A stretch of DNA of 64,000 bases, taken from the NCBI GenBank assembly GCA_951406725.2, contig OX597819.1, forward strand, positions 64,046,001-64,110,000. Direction: 5' to 3'. Positions 14,464 to 29,154 of the stretch are shown here, piece by piece (position 1 is the first letter of the stretch; each line of letters begins with the position of its first letter). The notes beneath the pieces are model-generated. The model worked only from the letters and a program-made list of their open reading frames with translations. It was not told the DNA's origin and did no database searches. Origin of the DNA: Octopus vulgaris (Eukaryota). The position numbers were made by a program, and so were the translations under genes.

Positions 14464-14849
14464 ATCGTGGCATTCCGTCCATTACGACGACGACAGTTTC
14501 AGTTGATCAGATCAACGGAACAGCCTGCTCGTGAAATTAACGTGTAAGTGGCTGAGCACTACACAGACACATGTACCATTAACGCAGTTCTCGGGGAGAT
14601 TCAGCGTGACACAGTGTGTGACATGGCTGACCCTTTTGAAATTCAGATACAGCAGAAACATGAAGAAATAGTGAGAGAAAGTTGTGGTGAATGCGTACAG
14701 CAGCGTTCGCCACAATCCCTTGAGGGAGCCCCGTGCAGCTTTAAGTATTTTCGGTCAATAAACACTTAAAACGCCCGGTCTGGGGATCGTAGCCGCGAAC
14801 ACAGGATCGTGAGTTCGCTGCCCTAACCCCTGGATCATTGCAACTCCAC
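14464..14849 (-). mobile_element. SINE family B (5' part on minus strand) joined to an unrelated repeat-like segment
   Basis: 14650-14849 matches ~28960-29154 (gaaaca.gaaga.a.agtgagagaaagt..caataaac..gctgccctaacc); 14464-14645 does not. Confidence 0.7.
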
Positions 14850-14890
14850 ACACCCCACACACAACACACGCACACACACAGAAACACAGG

Positions 14891-14960
<70 letters not shown>

Positions 14961-17196
14961 TTCAGCAAAATTTAGATTAAAATGAATATGGTACTTAAGT
15001 CAGAGTCACCAGAATTTTGTATGGTATTATTCATATAAATCCATCGGTTGATTATAATCAAAATAAGCAATGTCCGTTTGATGGAAACCTTCAATAAATG
15101 GGTGAGGATTGCTCAACACTTTAAAACTGATGTAATACTTACAATGTTTAATAAAATGAAGTAGCATGAAACGATTGTGCCAAATTACCGAAGATGCACT
15201 TGATGCTTATTTTAATTATATATATATAACCTGCATTAAAGCAAGCTAGACACAGAAAGCCTTCTAACAGCTATTGGCATCAGAATCTTTGAGTTTCGGA
15301 ATAAAGTGCTAAGGTTTTATATTCGTTATAAATCTTAATTAGCGGCGACACACATATATAATTGTATATATCACAAAGGTACAAGACTTTCTATTTAAGA
15401 TTAATTTGGAGTTAGATATCTAGGTAACTTTTCATGTAATAGATTTCAATATATATGTGTGTGAGTATGTGTGTGTGCATGTGAGTGGGAATGTGTGTCT
15501 GTGTGTGTGTGTGAGTAAATGTGTGTGTATGTGTGCGTCCTTGCGTGCGTGCGTGCTACAAGCAAGTACCTAAGTTTGACGCTCGGGAAGAATGGAAGAT
15601 GTCTTTGATATTTCGAGCCCACGATCCTCGACAGAAAGTTTTGCGAGGAAAAACTGGAGAGGAAAAATATTTCAACTGTATGTATGTATGTATGTATGTA
15701 TGTATGTATGTATGTATGTATGTATGTATGTATGTATGTATGTATGTATTTATGTATGTATCTATCTATCTATCTGTCTGTCTATCTTTCTCTCTGTCTT
15801 TGTATATATATATTTATATATATATATATATGTATATATATAGCGTGGGAGAGAGAAGATAGAGGTTGGGGAGAAATTTAAGAAATTTATGACTGGAAAA
15901 TGGCCTGTTGCAGTAGATTGAAGAAAAATATGTGTGTGTGTGTGTGTGTCTCTGTGTACACACGCACAAACACACACACAGACTGATGGACAGAACGATA
16001 GAGAGATAGGGAGTCATGTTTGGGAGGGGTATTTTATTTAGTCCCCAAATTCGTGCACAACGATTTCGACTCTATAAATTCTTCAATATATAGAACGATC
16101 ATATTCAGAATAGACCAAAATTCCAGTAAGTATTTGTTAACTACCTATATAGTTAACTACCAATAGAGTTTACCTATAATTAAACAAATCAATTGCCACA
16201 TTTTTTTTCCCTTTGGTTGTCTTCTATACTTGACAGTGAGATGACAGAACACGTAGTGTGATGAACCTCGATCATAATTAACCAGAAATCTCTATGGTGT
16301 GCAGGAATTTTCTACGCAAATATATGCATTGTGTTGGAATATTACGTCCTGCCGACTAAGGTAATATTGTGAATCATTTAAATTCGTCTGTTTGTTTGTA
16401 TTCTTGAATGGTAACTGAATCGGTTAGACAGTTTATCGCCAATATCAGCAAGATGGGACCACAGAACGGTCCTTTATCATTTATTTACCACTAAAGTCCC
16501 TTGTGATACAGTGCGCTCTTGTGCCAGTATTAAAAATCAATATCTTTCAGATCGTTTCCTTCTATGTAATGTTTTCATGTTTCTATGCATTAATGTTAGT
16601 TGCTTGCTTTCCATAGTTAAATGCAATGTGTGAGTGTGTCTCGTTTATGTTTATTTTTTAAACAGATTTTTTTCTTCTCCTCTGAATTCTTCCTCTTGAA
16701 TTCTATCTTCGTTATTCTTTCATGTTCTTTTTTGTGCATGTTTTCGTTTGGAATGCTTCTATTGATTTCAAGGCAGCGTCTGCTGTGAAGACAATGCTTA
16801 TATTGTCTCTAAAGTTTGACAAGTTTCTTGTCTGAGTATGCAAATTTTTCTCTCCTGCTGAGTGCTATTGTTTTCGTATTATTTATTATTCTGTATTTTT
16901 TTCCTCTTTTTTTTCTTTGAGTGTGTGAGTTTGTTTTAGTTTTTTTTTTTTTTGTTTTTATGCCTTTTAGAAATAACTTCGTTTGTTTCAGTTCTTTATT
17001 TTTTCGCTAACCACAATGGTGAGAAAAAAACAAAACAAACAAACCCAAGAAGCAGAAAAATAACTAACAAACACACACACGACCAATGAATAATATAGTT
17101 AAAACGTACTCATAAAACTAAATGAGAAATATGCGATTAATTGTTGGGAAACAGATACGACCAGGTTAACCCTTCTTCTTCTTCTTCTTCTTCTTC

Positions 17197-17234
<38 letters not shown>

Positions 17235-20200
17235 TTTTTTTTTTCTTCTTCTTCTTCTTTTTCTTCTCCTCCTCCTCCTCATCCTACCACTACTACTACT
17301 ACATTTGAATTAATATTATTCAATTATTAATTCATGAGCTGAATGTTATCATCTAATTAATTTTTCATCAATAAGAGAAGTTTAAATAATTAACAATGGG
17401 CATATGGGCGGCTGTGTTTGTTCCACAGCCAAAATAATGTTTTCAACATTCATTTACGACAGTACAAGTTCCTAGTTCAAATCTCGCCGTAACCAAAATA
17501 TTACTATGTATCCGTCTCACAGTCATGATCATAATTGGATAAAACCCTCGCTACTAAAAATCCTTAAACTGCACAAAAGTTGTTCCCTTCAATAACAAAT
17601 ACATTATGAGAAGCATTTGAAACTTTTTGATTTATGTCGAAAATAACACTGGATAAGATAACCCGACAAAGAAGCAGTAACAGGCCGTTGTTGGTTTTCC
17701 CAATTTCTTTGTTTCTTCTGCATAAAAAAGGTAAGAAATAAAAAATATATATATATATATAAAAATGGAATCATTTGAAATCTGGTGTTTCTGTTTTTAT
17801 AGTTTTAATCTTCTATAAATTTCAAAATATTTGCTCCTGTTAGAAACCATTTCATTTATTATTATCCGTTCCACAATGTCCTATACCAGGCACGTGTCGC
17901 CTGTAATTACTCAGGGTGGGCAATTGGTGAGTTTTATGTAGCAAAACATACACACAACAAAGCGAAACACCAGAGTACGACCGAGTTGAAGGTAGATTTA
18001 CTTTTGCATGTATAGTACGTAAAGCAAATGGTGTTGTAGGTGCGTACACACCTCGAGTACTACGGCATTACTATGCGTAGCTTAGATACTGAGATTGAAA
18101 GGCAGGGGCGAATTATGCCAACCTAATCCACAAAAATTAAAATACTTTGCATTTTATGCATATTAATCAGAGTAACCTTTATAACTTTGTTGAATTAGGT
18201 GCATATTTTGCCATAAAAGGAAAATGTTGCTTTCGATCTATTTTATTCAAGCCAGGTGCTGCCCCTGTTTCAAACGTTTCTACTGCAACACCAGGTATAC
18301 CTCTAAAAAATTAAGGTATACCTCTGAAAATTATACACTACATAATTTTAATGAGTTATATCTTATAATTTTTATCTGATCACGTGTATACGTTTAAACT
18401 GTAGTTTTCTAATTCTCCGATTTCGATATCGGAATCTAACTGAATGCTCTATCAATATTTAGTACCACTATTGATTAAACAGGATTTGGTAAAATGATCT
18501 AACCACTCCCACACGTTCATAAAGCCAGCTGGTATTATGCAAAATGTTATGTTAGTTCTCCAACAGGATATTAACCTCGTAAATATGTTCTCTCTCCTAT
18601 CAAGTAACACGTTATCACTTTTCAATAGCATTAATGACGGCTGGTGCATTCATTAAGCAAATTTGATGATGTACCGAACGTTAGGCAATACATACATAAA
18701 TACATACACATGCATATGTATATATGTATTTATACATAAATGTGTGTGTATGTATATATAAATATATATATATGTGTGTGTGTGTATTTATACATGTGCG
18801 TGTAGAAACGCCATTTAATGTATGCATATAAGTAGATATATTCATTTTATTCATTCGAGTGGTCAATATTGATATCCAATTTTAGTTATTGATTCTTGTC
18901 GGTTTATTGATACAATGAATATCGTTCACACATATTCGTCTATTTAGGCAAAGAGATTAAGTAGAAATTGGTGGCGTTATCAATGCCATGAGCATTGCAT
19001 TTGTTTGTAGGTGTTATCGTGTTGCCGAATATATCTTGATAGTCATAACGAGTCATATTTACGGCGTTAATGTATTTTACTTATCAATTTCACACTTGAT
19101 CCATTGTTCATCAGGCGCTTGTTCAATATATTTCTTCCAATATGATTGAACTTCCATTGGTATCGATGTGTCATTGAGTGTTACGTTTCGTGGTTAATGC
19201 CACTTAAAAATGTATTCGCATGTATTCAAAACATTATTTTCGTCATACAACTGCACACGATATTTGAAGTGATTCATTTTACATGCTTTTGCCTATATTA
19301 TTGGCTTCGATTTTTTTCCCTCTGAATGGCTACATATTTTTATACATATAGCATGATTTTCCTTTGACTAAATTAGATTCCCTTGTTTTTATCAATTTTC
19401 ACTCGCTATATATTTAACTGAAGCTGCTGGGTATTATATTTAATGTGTCCCGTTGTGTAAGTCTTCATTAGTTTGTTCATTATTTTTTTATAGTGATTAT
19501 TGCTCAATTCGATTATTGCAAATGACCTCCCAATGTCAGGCAGATCTGGTCATATGGCAATTGTAAATTGATGTCGGACATTCATTTCGTGGAAAGCATC
19601 ACGATCAAATTTAAGTCCCCTTGCAGTTGAATGCGACCTATGCATCATCAAATCGTGCACCTTATAATGTGGTTGCAGAAATAAAATGATGATGGGGAAT
19701 GAAAAATTTAGGGCACCGACAAAATATCGTTATTACACTCTTCTTCAGCAATTTGAAAACAGGAATATAATCATTTGTTTGAAAATTTTCTTTGAGAGTG
19801 TTATTGTTGGACGGTCCTATTTTTATATGGAATACTATAGGTACTCCCATGGTGCCACCGTTGTTGTTCTATTTCAAAGTTGATTTATAGCCTTTAAGTC
19901 GTACACTTGTTATCACATAGTGAGCGCTTTTATTTACCATCAAAATCTGTTACGTAGAGAGTTCTGTCCGATATACTTTTAGCAGGACTAAACTAGCGGG
20001 CTGCCATTCCCTGCAGGTATGACAGCGAGATCTGTACTCTAGATTCAGTTCAAATATTTAATGCAGCACTTTTCCACTCAGCCCTTCAACCAACAGGCCA
20101 GCTTCAACTAGTAACACTTAAGTGAAATGCGGCCTTGGAATAAGAGCTGCTTGGCGACTGAATTATGGTAAAGGTGAATTAAAAGACAGAGATTGACATG

Positions 20201-21220
20201 GAGTTAATGCCGTGCACTAACAATACATCTGCAGTTTGACAACAGCATTTGATAAAGGGTGCTTACACTGTGTACGTTTAATCCCGAATATTTGCTTGAT
20301 GTATTTGAATTACTATGGAGAGTTGCCCCGTTCGAAGGTTACGTCCTTGCTACAATTATAAATATTATAATAACAATAGAAACAACAACAACAACAACAA
20401 CAACAATACATTTCCTTGCTATTTGTGATTTCGCGTTTTTATTAAATTCATGTAAACCAAAGACTGTTACTTACATCGCCATGTTACTAAGTAATGTGAT
20501 ATATATCTAATTGAATGAATTCATTTCTATGAGTAAATTTATAATAAATTATTGTTTGATGTATACATCAAACGCTATGTTTCTTAAAAAATACATACTA
20601 CTTGAATTAAATGCATAGCAAGTACATAAGATTAACAGTTATAATGAGTATTACGGAAAATGTTCAAGGCTATTACAACTGTTCAAATGTTGTATGAGAA
20701 TGCTCTATGAATATTTATAATTCCATCTTCATATTGCTACATTATGAAATTTTAAGTGTGTCTACAATAAAGACATAAAGATAGTGACACATTATCTGCG
20801 CATATACTTAATATGTCAATGTCCTTAGAACAATGATTGCTTATCAGTTCACTTGTCCTAATTACACATGTCACGCTAGACACATCGATATAATTACGCA
20901 GCTTCTCTAGTTTCTCCTCCAGAAGATTTTAGACATTTCGTAGTGTTATGTAAATAATTATTGCGCTATTCACTTATCATGTTTGACATGAGTGTTGGTG
21001 TCACTGTATTATGTGTACTTTTGTGGCATTTCTCCATTGTAAAATATACGATCTGTATGTTCCCGTTATCCATACCATATAGAGTAGATATTTCCATAAG
21101 TAGGAGTTGAGCAAAAAGAGTACGGAGAAATATTTGCCATGTCAAATCTATCGCTCACCCATTTTTTCATAAACTTTTTTCTCCCTTTCGCTATCTATCA
21201 ATCAAAACATCAATCACAGA

Positions 21221-21352
<132 letters not shown>

Positions 21353-21571
21353 ATATGCATACGTATAATACATATATGTACGTATATCTCTACGTATATG
21401 TGGGCACAGAAAAGTACGGAGGACGAGTACATGGAACATGAACTATTCTTCCGAACACCGAAAGCCAACAGTGGAGAGCAAAATGAACAACATAAAAAAC
21501 GACCTATATCAGTTGTTGGGTGCTTTTCTAGTTTCGTATTTCGAGCATTTAACAGTACATATGTGTGTGTG

Positions 21572-21623
<52 letters not shown>

Positions 21624-22270
21624 GGCGCAACACCTCACTACTTCCACTCATTCATATTCTCCCTTCTCTTTTTTCTTCTTCTTCCTCTTCTTCTTCATCA
21701 TCATCATTATCATCATCATCGTCGTCGTCATCATCACCATCATTATCATCTTCTTCTTCTTCTTCTTCTTCTTCTTCTTCATCATCATCATCATCATCAA
21801 CATCATCATCTTCTTCTTCTTCTTCTTCTTCTTCTTCTTCTTCTTCTTCTTCTGCTCCACTTTCTACCTCTTAACTTTATCACTAATGCTTTTTAGTATA
21901 ACACCTACGCAAATTCCATAAACAAACCTTTCAATAGAAATATTCTCCTGAATTGAACTGCAACTGCTAGCCGTCACTGACCATTCAAAATACGACAATC
22001 AAGGCACTCACAAATTTTTCACCCCCTCTCCTCATCAACCTTCTTCTTCTTCTACCCTACCAAGAATTCACAACGACCGCGAACACACAAGTGCAAACAA
22101 GGGAGACAGAGAAAGGCAGAATGCCACTTATATTTGAACGCTATACAAATATTCCTTTAAAGATACTTTTCTTTTAATTTTTCTAAATTCAATTATTTAA
22201 TCGTTACAGTTGAAAAGGTCTGAAATGTTCTTTATAAAATTATTTTAGCATTTTCCATCTTGACTTGTTT

Positions 22271-22324
<54 letters not shown>

Positions 22325-22765
22325 TGTGTACGCATATTGTGTGCATGTATATATTTAATCTGTGGATAATATGAGAGTGATAAACAAATAGGAAGGGGGA
22401 AAGAGAGAGAGAGAGACGCAGAGTGGGGGAGAGTAAGAAATAGAAAGAGAGAGAAGGTGTGGGAATGAAAGAGAGGTAGATGCCTTCATGACGATATCTG
22501 AAACAAAACGGGCATCATGAAATGTCATTATCTTCAATGACGTGTGAAACATCTGACCATATAGATACAGTAAAAGCCAACTCAGAAGAAAACATTTTTT
22601 TTTTCTTTATTGCTTTGTCTTTTCTTTCTCCTTTCTTCCTTTCTTTTCTTCTTTCTTCGTTTCTTTTTTATTTTTCAGTATTTCTTCTCCCTTTCTTTCT
22701 TCCGTTCATGCTTTCTTGTCTTTCACAATTTTTCGTCCTTCTGATAGCACCACTAGGTGTTCAAT

Positions 22766-22800
<35 letters not shown>

Positions 22801-22939
22801 CACACACATGCTTGCAAGCACATACATACGCGTACATAAGTACCGATGCGTATTTGTACACATCCATAGATAACAAAAGAACAGATATATGCATATGTAT
22901 ATGCATATATTTATATATATAAATATATATACATACATG

Positions 22940-22998
<59 letters not shown>

Positions 22999-23071
22999 TA
23001 ATAATAATAATATGACAGCAAAAGAATGAATGAGACCTCGATATTATTATATAAATATCTATAAATATAAC

Positions 23072-23236
23072 GTGACAATTAGTTAGTTGTCAAAATGAAA
23101 CTCAGAGTTTCGGATGCCGGGGCTGAAGTCTGCTCTAGCATCTCATCAGTTATTAATAACTCATGAGATGCTGGAGCAGACTTCCGCCCCAGTATCCGAA
23201 ACTCTGTGTTTTATTATGACAGCCAACAATTGTCAC
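23072..23236. mobile_element. 165-bp palindrome of two divergent hammerhead-bearing arms (Penelope-like terminus)
   Basis: Symmetry axis in gttattaataac (23149-23160). Minus arm: CTGATGA-gatgc..gcatc-c-GAAActctgagtt. Plus arm: CTCATGA-gatgctgg..ccagtatc-c-GAAActctgtgtt-ttatta. Confidence 0.75.
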
Positions 23237-23238
23237 AT

Positions 23239-23272
<34 letters not shown>

Positions 23273-24532
23273 TCAAAGGTCTAAATATTTTCTCTAAAAA
23301 CTTATACACGAGGAAATCGTTGATAAATGAAAACTTAATATTCTGAATAAATTCTTACTCCCAATATATATAATGTGTATACACCATAAAAAATTTACAA
23401 ACACACACATACATACATGGCCGCACGAATAAATAGATACATATATATACAAAGACACATACATACACACACAGATATGTGCGTGTATGTTTGTGTATGT
23501 GCATTGCGGCTGTCCACTCATTACCGAGGAACACATTCGCAGGGAGTTAACAACACTGGGAACGTAGGAAGCTTATTCCTTAAAAGTATGTCCTAGCTGG
23601 TGACTAATTCACCCAACATTTGATAAAGTGACATGTTTGAAGGTACAGTAGATCAGGCTTTCGTCCTCCATTCACTACATGAGCATTTTCCCTTTGAAAT
23701 GAAAACTATTGGTCTTTCAAAACGAATCCATTCCTTCCTTCACTTGTTTCATCTAATGTTGGCGAGGTTAAGCAAAGTTTGATCTCCCATAATTCAAAAA
23801 CGTATAGGGAACGTAAGTAAATCATTTAGGGTGTTTCGTCAGGACCTTCCCAACGTGTAGTAACTTTCTTACGATAAAGGGAAAACTTTGTTTATTTAGA
23901 GCCCAATGCTCCGATGTGTTACCTACATATTCGATTTGCGGTTTAAATGTGAACTAAGAAGCCAGGTAACTGTCTTTGATTGCAGAGTCAGCAGCAGCAA
24001 TGCTACACGTGTAACCACGCTAAAATGCATCACTCACATCCTTTAGAAAACTGACCACAGCTAATCTACTATATTATTTTGGAATAAAATATTCCGTTAT
24101 AAATGTTTGTTTTTTAATGAAAAATCCTCAGCGATACCCTTTTCGCGACAGCGTTTCGAAATGTGGACGTTATGGACAGAACACCTTTTATACAACACGA
24201 CAAAAGTAGAAATTGTATAACAAATGAACTAACACTAAGAAGCATGAGTCAGACACACTTATTTTCATAGATCGCCATGACAGCAGTTTTAATCACCGTT
24301 TTTTATCAAAAGACTTACTTTGCCATTTAGCAAGCAAAAACTATGCACATCACTCAGAATTTGCCTTTCGACGAATGTGCTGTTCTGGTCACCGATTTAT
24401 ATACACATAAAGGTTTAATATGGCAGTTATAATATTTCTTTGTCCAGCCAGAAGTATGTATATGTGTTAGGCTTAGACATAACTGTTGTAACGTGTCGAC
24501 CTACGCGTATGTCAAAAAACGTCCAACTTAAT

Positions 24533-24775
<243 letters not shown>

Positions 24776-25077
24776 AATGCTATTAAGTTAGACATGGCCT
24801 GGGCCAATAATGGCCGAAACCTATCAAAGTATCAAAGTATATATATATATATATATAATTAATCAATATAGGGTGGCAAAAAAATTTTGTAGAATTCTTT
24901 TGCCACCAGCGGCCTAGTGGGAAAAATTTAAATAGTCATAAACCATTTTTAAGTTCAACATCACAATCAAGGAACGGCCATAATAGGCCATTCACCCACT
25001 AGAAATAACAGCCAAAAGCTTCAACCGCAAAATAACTCCGTAAACCAGGAGAAAATTAAAAAAACATTTACCCTGTA

Positions 25078-25184
25078 ATTTCTTATACGATGCACCGTTT
25101 CGTCTACTGTTTAATGGTACACTAACCTGATTAAATTAAATCAAGCCAATCTACCATAGGCCCTTAGATTCATCAGTAAGAAAT
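25078..25184 (-). ncRNA. Type I hammerhead ribozyme, copy 1
   Basis: Minus strand: atttctta-CTGATGA-atcta..(long helix II)..tagac-GAAA-cggtgcatcg-TA-taagaaat. 8-bp helix I, 4-bp helix III with UGCA loop, GUA triplet. Confidence 0.8.
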
Positions 25185-25567
25185 AGCCAAGTCGGAACAG
25201 ATATTTTTCACGAGGCATTCCCGTCCCTGCCTCGGCAATATCTGACCTAAAATTTTCAAATCGTCGCACTCGCGCCAAATTTATCGGCAGCAAATAAATA
25301 TAAGCCGCCGATTCCATTACGGAATTAACCAGAAAATTCATAATTAATCAATATAGGGTGGCAAAAAAATTTTGTAGAATTCTTTTGCCACCAGCGGCCT
25401 AGTGGGAAAAATTTAAATAGTCATAAACCATTTTTAAGTTCAACATCACAATCAAGGAACGGCCATAATAGGCCATTCACCCACTAGAAATAACAGCCAA
25501 AAGCTTCAACCGCAAAATAACATCAATTCCGTAAACCAGGAGAAAATTAAAAAACATTTACCCTGTA

Positions 25568-25674
25568 ATTTCTTATACGATGCACCGTTTCGCCTACTGT
25601 TTAATGGTAAACTAACCTGATTAAATTAAATCAAGCCAATCTACCATAGGCCCTTAGATTCATCAGTAAGAAAT
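25568..25674 (-). ncRNA. Type I hammerhead ribozyme, copy 2
   Basis: Same fold 490 bp away; helix II base reads taggc-GAAA. Confidence 0.8.
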
Positions 25675-25787
25675 AGCCAAGTCGGAACAGATATTTTTCA
25701 CGAGGCATTCCCGTCCCTGCCTCGGCAATATCTGACCTAAAATTTTCAAATCGTCGCACTCGCGCCAAATTTATCGGCAGCAAATAA

Positions 25788-26110
<323 letters not shown>

Positions 26111-26137
26111 GAGAAAGAAGCAACAAGAATGGATAAG

Positions 26138-26230
26138 ATTTTAGTACAATCGTTTCATACAAAGACAGGCTTTATTAAAAGTTGCAAAAATTGCAGCATA
26201 TAAACGTGTCCCGTACTCATCAGCTAAAAT
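26138..26230 (-). ncRNA. Type I hammerhead ribozyme (inverted arm)
   Basis: Reverse complement of the motif at 26948-27038. Confidence 0.8.
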
Positions 26231-26947
26231 ACATGTGAGTTCTCTTGACATCTTAGTGGTTGAGGCTATACTCATGAAGTAATGTAGATAATTAAGTAAC
26301 ATAAACAGATTTCCAAAGTTCATTAAAGTTCATTTAGTCTCCCCCCCCTTTTTGCTCCCTCCTCCTTTATATTCTCTCTTTTCCTCTCTTTCCTTCCCTT
26401 TCTGTTCTTTGCCTCTCTAGAAAGCCCTTCAGCCTTTAAAAGTCAAATAGCTACAGTCTCTTGAAAATAGCAGTAATGTGATTAATGTGGCAAATACCTA
26501 ATCATATAGCAAGAATTGATACCTACCTCATTGTGTTCAACCATTGATAAATTTATCGTCTGTGAATATGAAATTCCTCTTCATTTCTCTGGAAATTTAC
26601 ATCTACACCATTGGAAATTGTACACCTATACAAAGGATTAATTCACCCTCTCTGTAATGCTAATAAGCAGGAATTGGTACCCACCTCGTTGTGATTAACC
26701 ATGGATAAATTTGTCGTCTGTGAGTATGTAATCCCTCCTCATATCTCTGGAAATTCATATGTACACTATGGATTAAGTCACCTTCTCTGTGATGCTATTA
26801 AAACTTTTTTAAAAATCTGTGATAAGACTGTACATCATCTTTAAAGAACTTTAATGAACTTTGGAAATCTGTTTATGTTACTTAATTATCTACATTACTT
26901 CATGAGTATAGCCTCAACCACTAAGATGTCTAAAGAACTCACATGTA

Positions 26948-27038
26948 TTTTAGCTGATGAGTACGGGACACGTTTATATGCTGCAATTTTTGCAACTTTT
27001 AATAAAGCCTGTCTTTGTATGAAACGATTGTACTAAAA
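26948..27038 (+). ncRNA. Type I hammerhead ribozyme
   Basis: ttttag-CTGATGA-gtacgggaca..tgtctttgtat-GAAA-cgattg-TA-ctaaaa: perfect 6-bp helix I, extended helix II, short near-palindromic helix III, GUA triplet. Confidence 0.82.
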
Positions 27039-27183
27039 ATTTATCCATTCTTGTTGCTTCTTTCTCGCTTATAATCACCCCACATTACTGTATTGTTAAA
27101 ACCGTATAGTTTTTTGGTGCATCTAAGTTAGGTACCATATTCAAGTAAATTCATTAAAATTGACTTGAATCTTTATTGCTTTT

Positions 27184-27690
<507 letters not shown>

Positions 27691-27733
27691 CTCTCTCTCT
27701 ATATATATATATATGCGTTCGTGTGTACATACA

Positions 27734-27796
<63 letters not shown>

Positions 27797-27834
27797 GCAT
27801 ATATATATATATACAAACATACATACATACATAT

Positions 27835-27887
<53 letters not shown>

Positions 27888-28837
27888 CACTAACATAATT
27901 TAGCCATGAAATGTTGCCGTGTGCAATTGTGGAATTCCTATTAGATCAATTCCTGAATATAGCTATAGCTTGCTTTAAAAAAGGGTATGTCTCTTTTACT
28001 TACCAAATCCTAATTAATAGAATTATGAAATATTTATTGCATAATATAGCAATCGATAAAATATCATAATATATCAAACTTCTCTATTGCTAAACAGGAA
28101 TATAATTAGAATTGTACAGTTTAATATGCAGGATATCAAATTACGCTATATGTATGATATGACGCACTGTGTTGTACTTTGCAAAAATGTTTGTAATATA
28201 AGCTGCAATTGTAATATAAGCTGCAATTTAATCTATTATTTATAGCACTATATAATATGTTTCAATTCATATTTTAATAATATTTTGTTTCAAAATATAG
28301 CATCCTTTGTAAATAAATACGGTACTTTCATTGCTGACTATGATGGATGTTGTAGTGCACAGTATTATTTACATTTGGCATTATGATCAGTAAGCAATAT
28401 TACATCTGGTAATAAGATAAAAATGTGTTTTAAAGCACTGTTCAAAACATTTCATGACTTCATAAAAATTTTAGTTGACAGAAATATCTGCATTTTAAAC
28501 TGTGCTACAGAAAGCGATTTTTATTTCAGCATTATTTACAATATTACACAATATCGTACAAGTTGTGATTCAATGTAATATTTGCAATATAGTACAATAT
28601 TTAGATGAAAACGTTTACAACACTCCCTAGTCTAATACAATGTGCCAGATGCAACCAGCCAATCTGATGCTATATCTTGAAACAAATCTAAAGAAGCGTT
28701 TTATTTAAATGTCCATCCATATGTGTATAAATTAGTAGATAATAACAGACAGCCCCTATAATTTTGCATTATAAATCAGAAAATGTAAGCGTCTATTCTC
28801 CTGAAGACCAAGTGAAATTGGCTATGAATAAATACAT

Positions 28838-29154
28838 TAATTTATTTTTTATGCCCCCTTTTCAAGCCTAACCAAGCTCATGTGCCCCGTTTCCCGGTTT
28901 CTGTGGCGTATGTGTTGCCCGCAGCTGGACGAGACGCCAGTCCTTTGCAGCGTTACTCAAGAAACAGGAAGAGAGAGTGAGAGAAAGTCGGGGCGAAAGA
29001 GTACAACAGGGGTCACCACCACCCCCTGCCGGATCTTCGTGGAGCTTTTAGGTGTTTTCGCTCAATAAACGTACGCAACGCCCGCTCTGGGAATCGAAAC
29101 CGCAATACTCCGACCGCGAGTACGCTGCCCTAACCACAGGGCCATTGCACCTCC
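28838..29154 (-). mobile_element. tRNA-derived SINE family B, near full length with TSD
   Basis: Minus-strand head ggaggtgcaatggccctgtggttagggcagcg..ggtttcgattcccag (A/B boxes). atgaat(a/t)aatacat flanks it at 28824-28837 and 29155-29168. Confidence 0.85.

Larger units (their letters stand above)
24855..25792 (-). mobile_element. Tandem dimer of a ~485-490-bp non-coding unit, each with a type I HHR (retrozyme/Penelope-like)
   Basis: Units start at 24855 and 25340 and are near-identical (6-bp indel, 1-bp indel, two substitutions seen); (TA)n on both sides. Confidence 0.85.

Noticed and set aside
23500-24070. Possible decayed hAT transposase (LDETS on minus strand)
   Set aside because: One short motif only; no TIRs or further motifs.
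24790-24835. ggcc-aataat-ggcc-GAAAC hairpin between TA tracts
   Set aside because: Looks like half a hammerhead but has no CUGANGA or helix I; too short to call.
26141-27036. Twin 60-aa ORFs (MNFGNLF..) on opposite strands
   Set aside because: Explained by the inverted repeat; the conserved signal is the overlapping HHR fold and no protein motif is recognisable.
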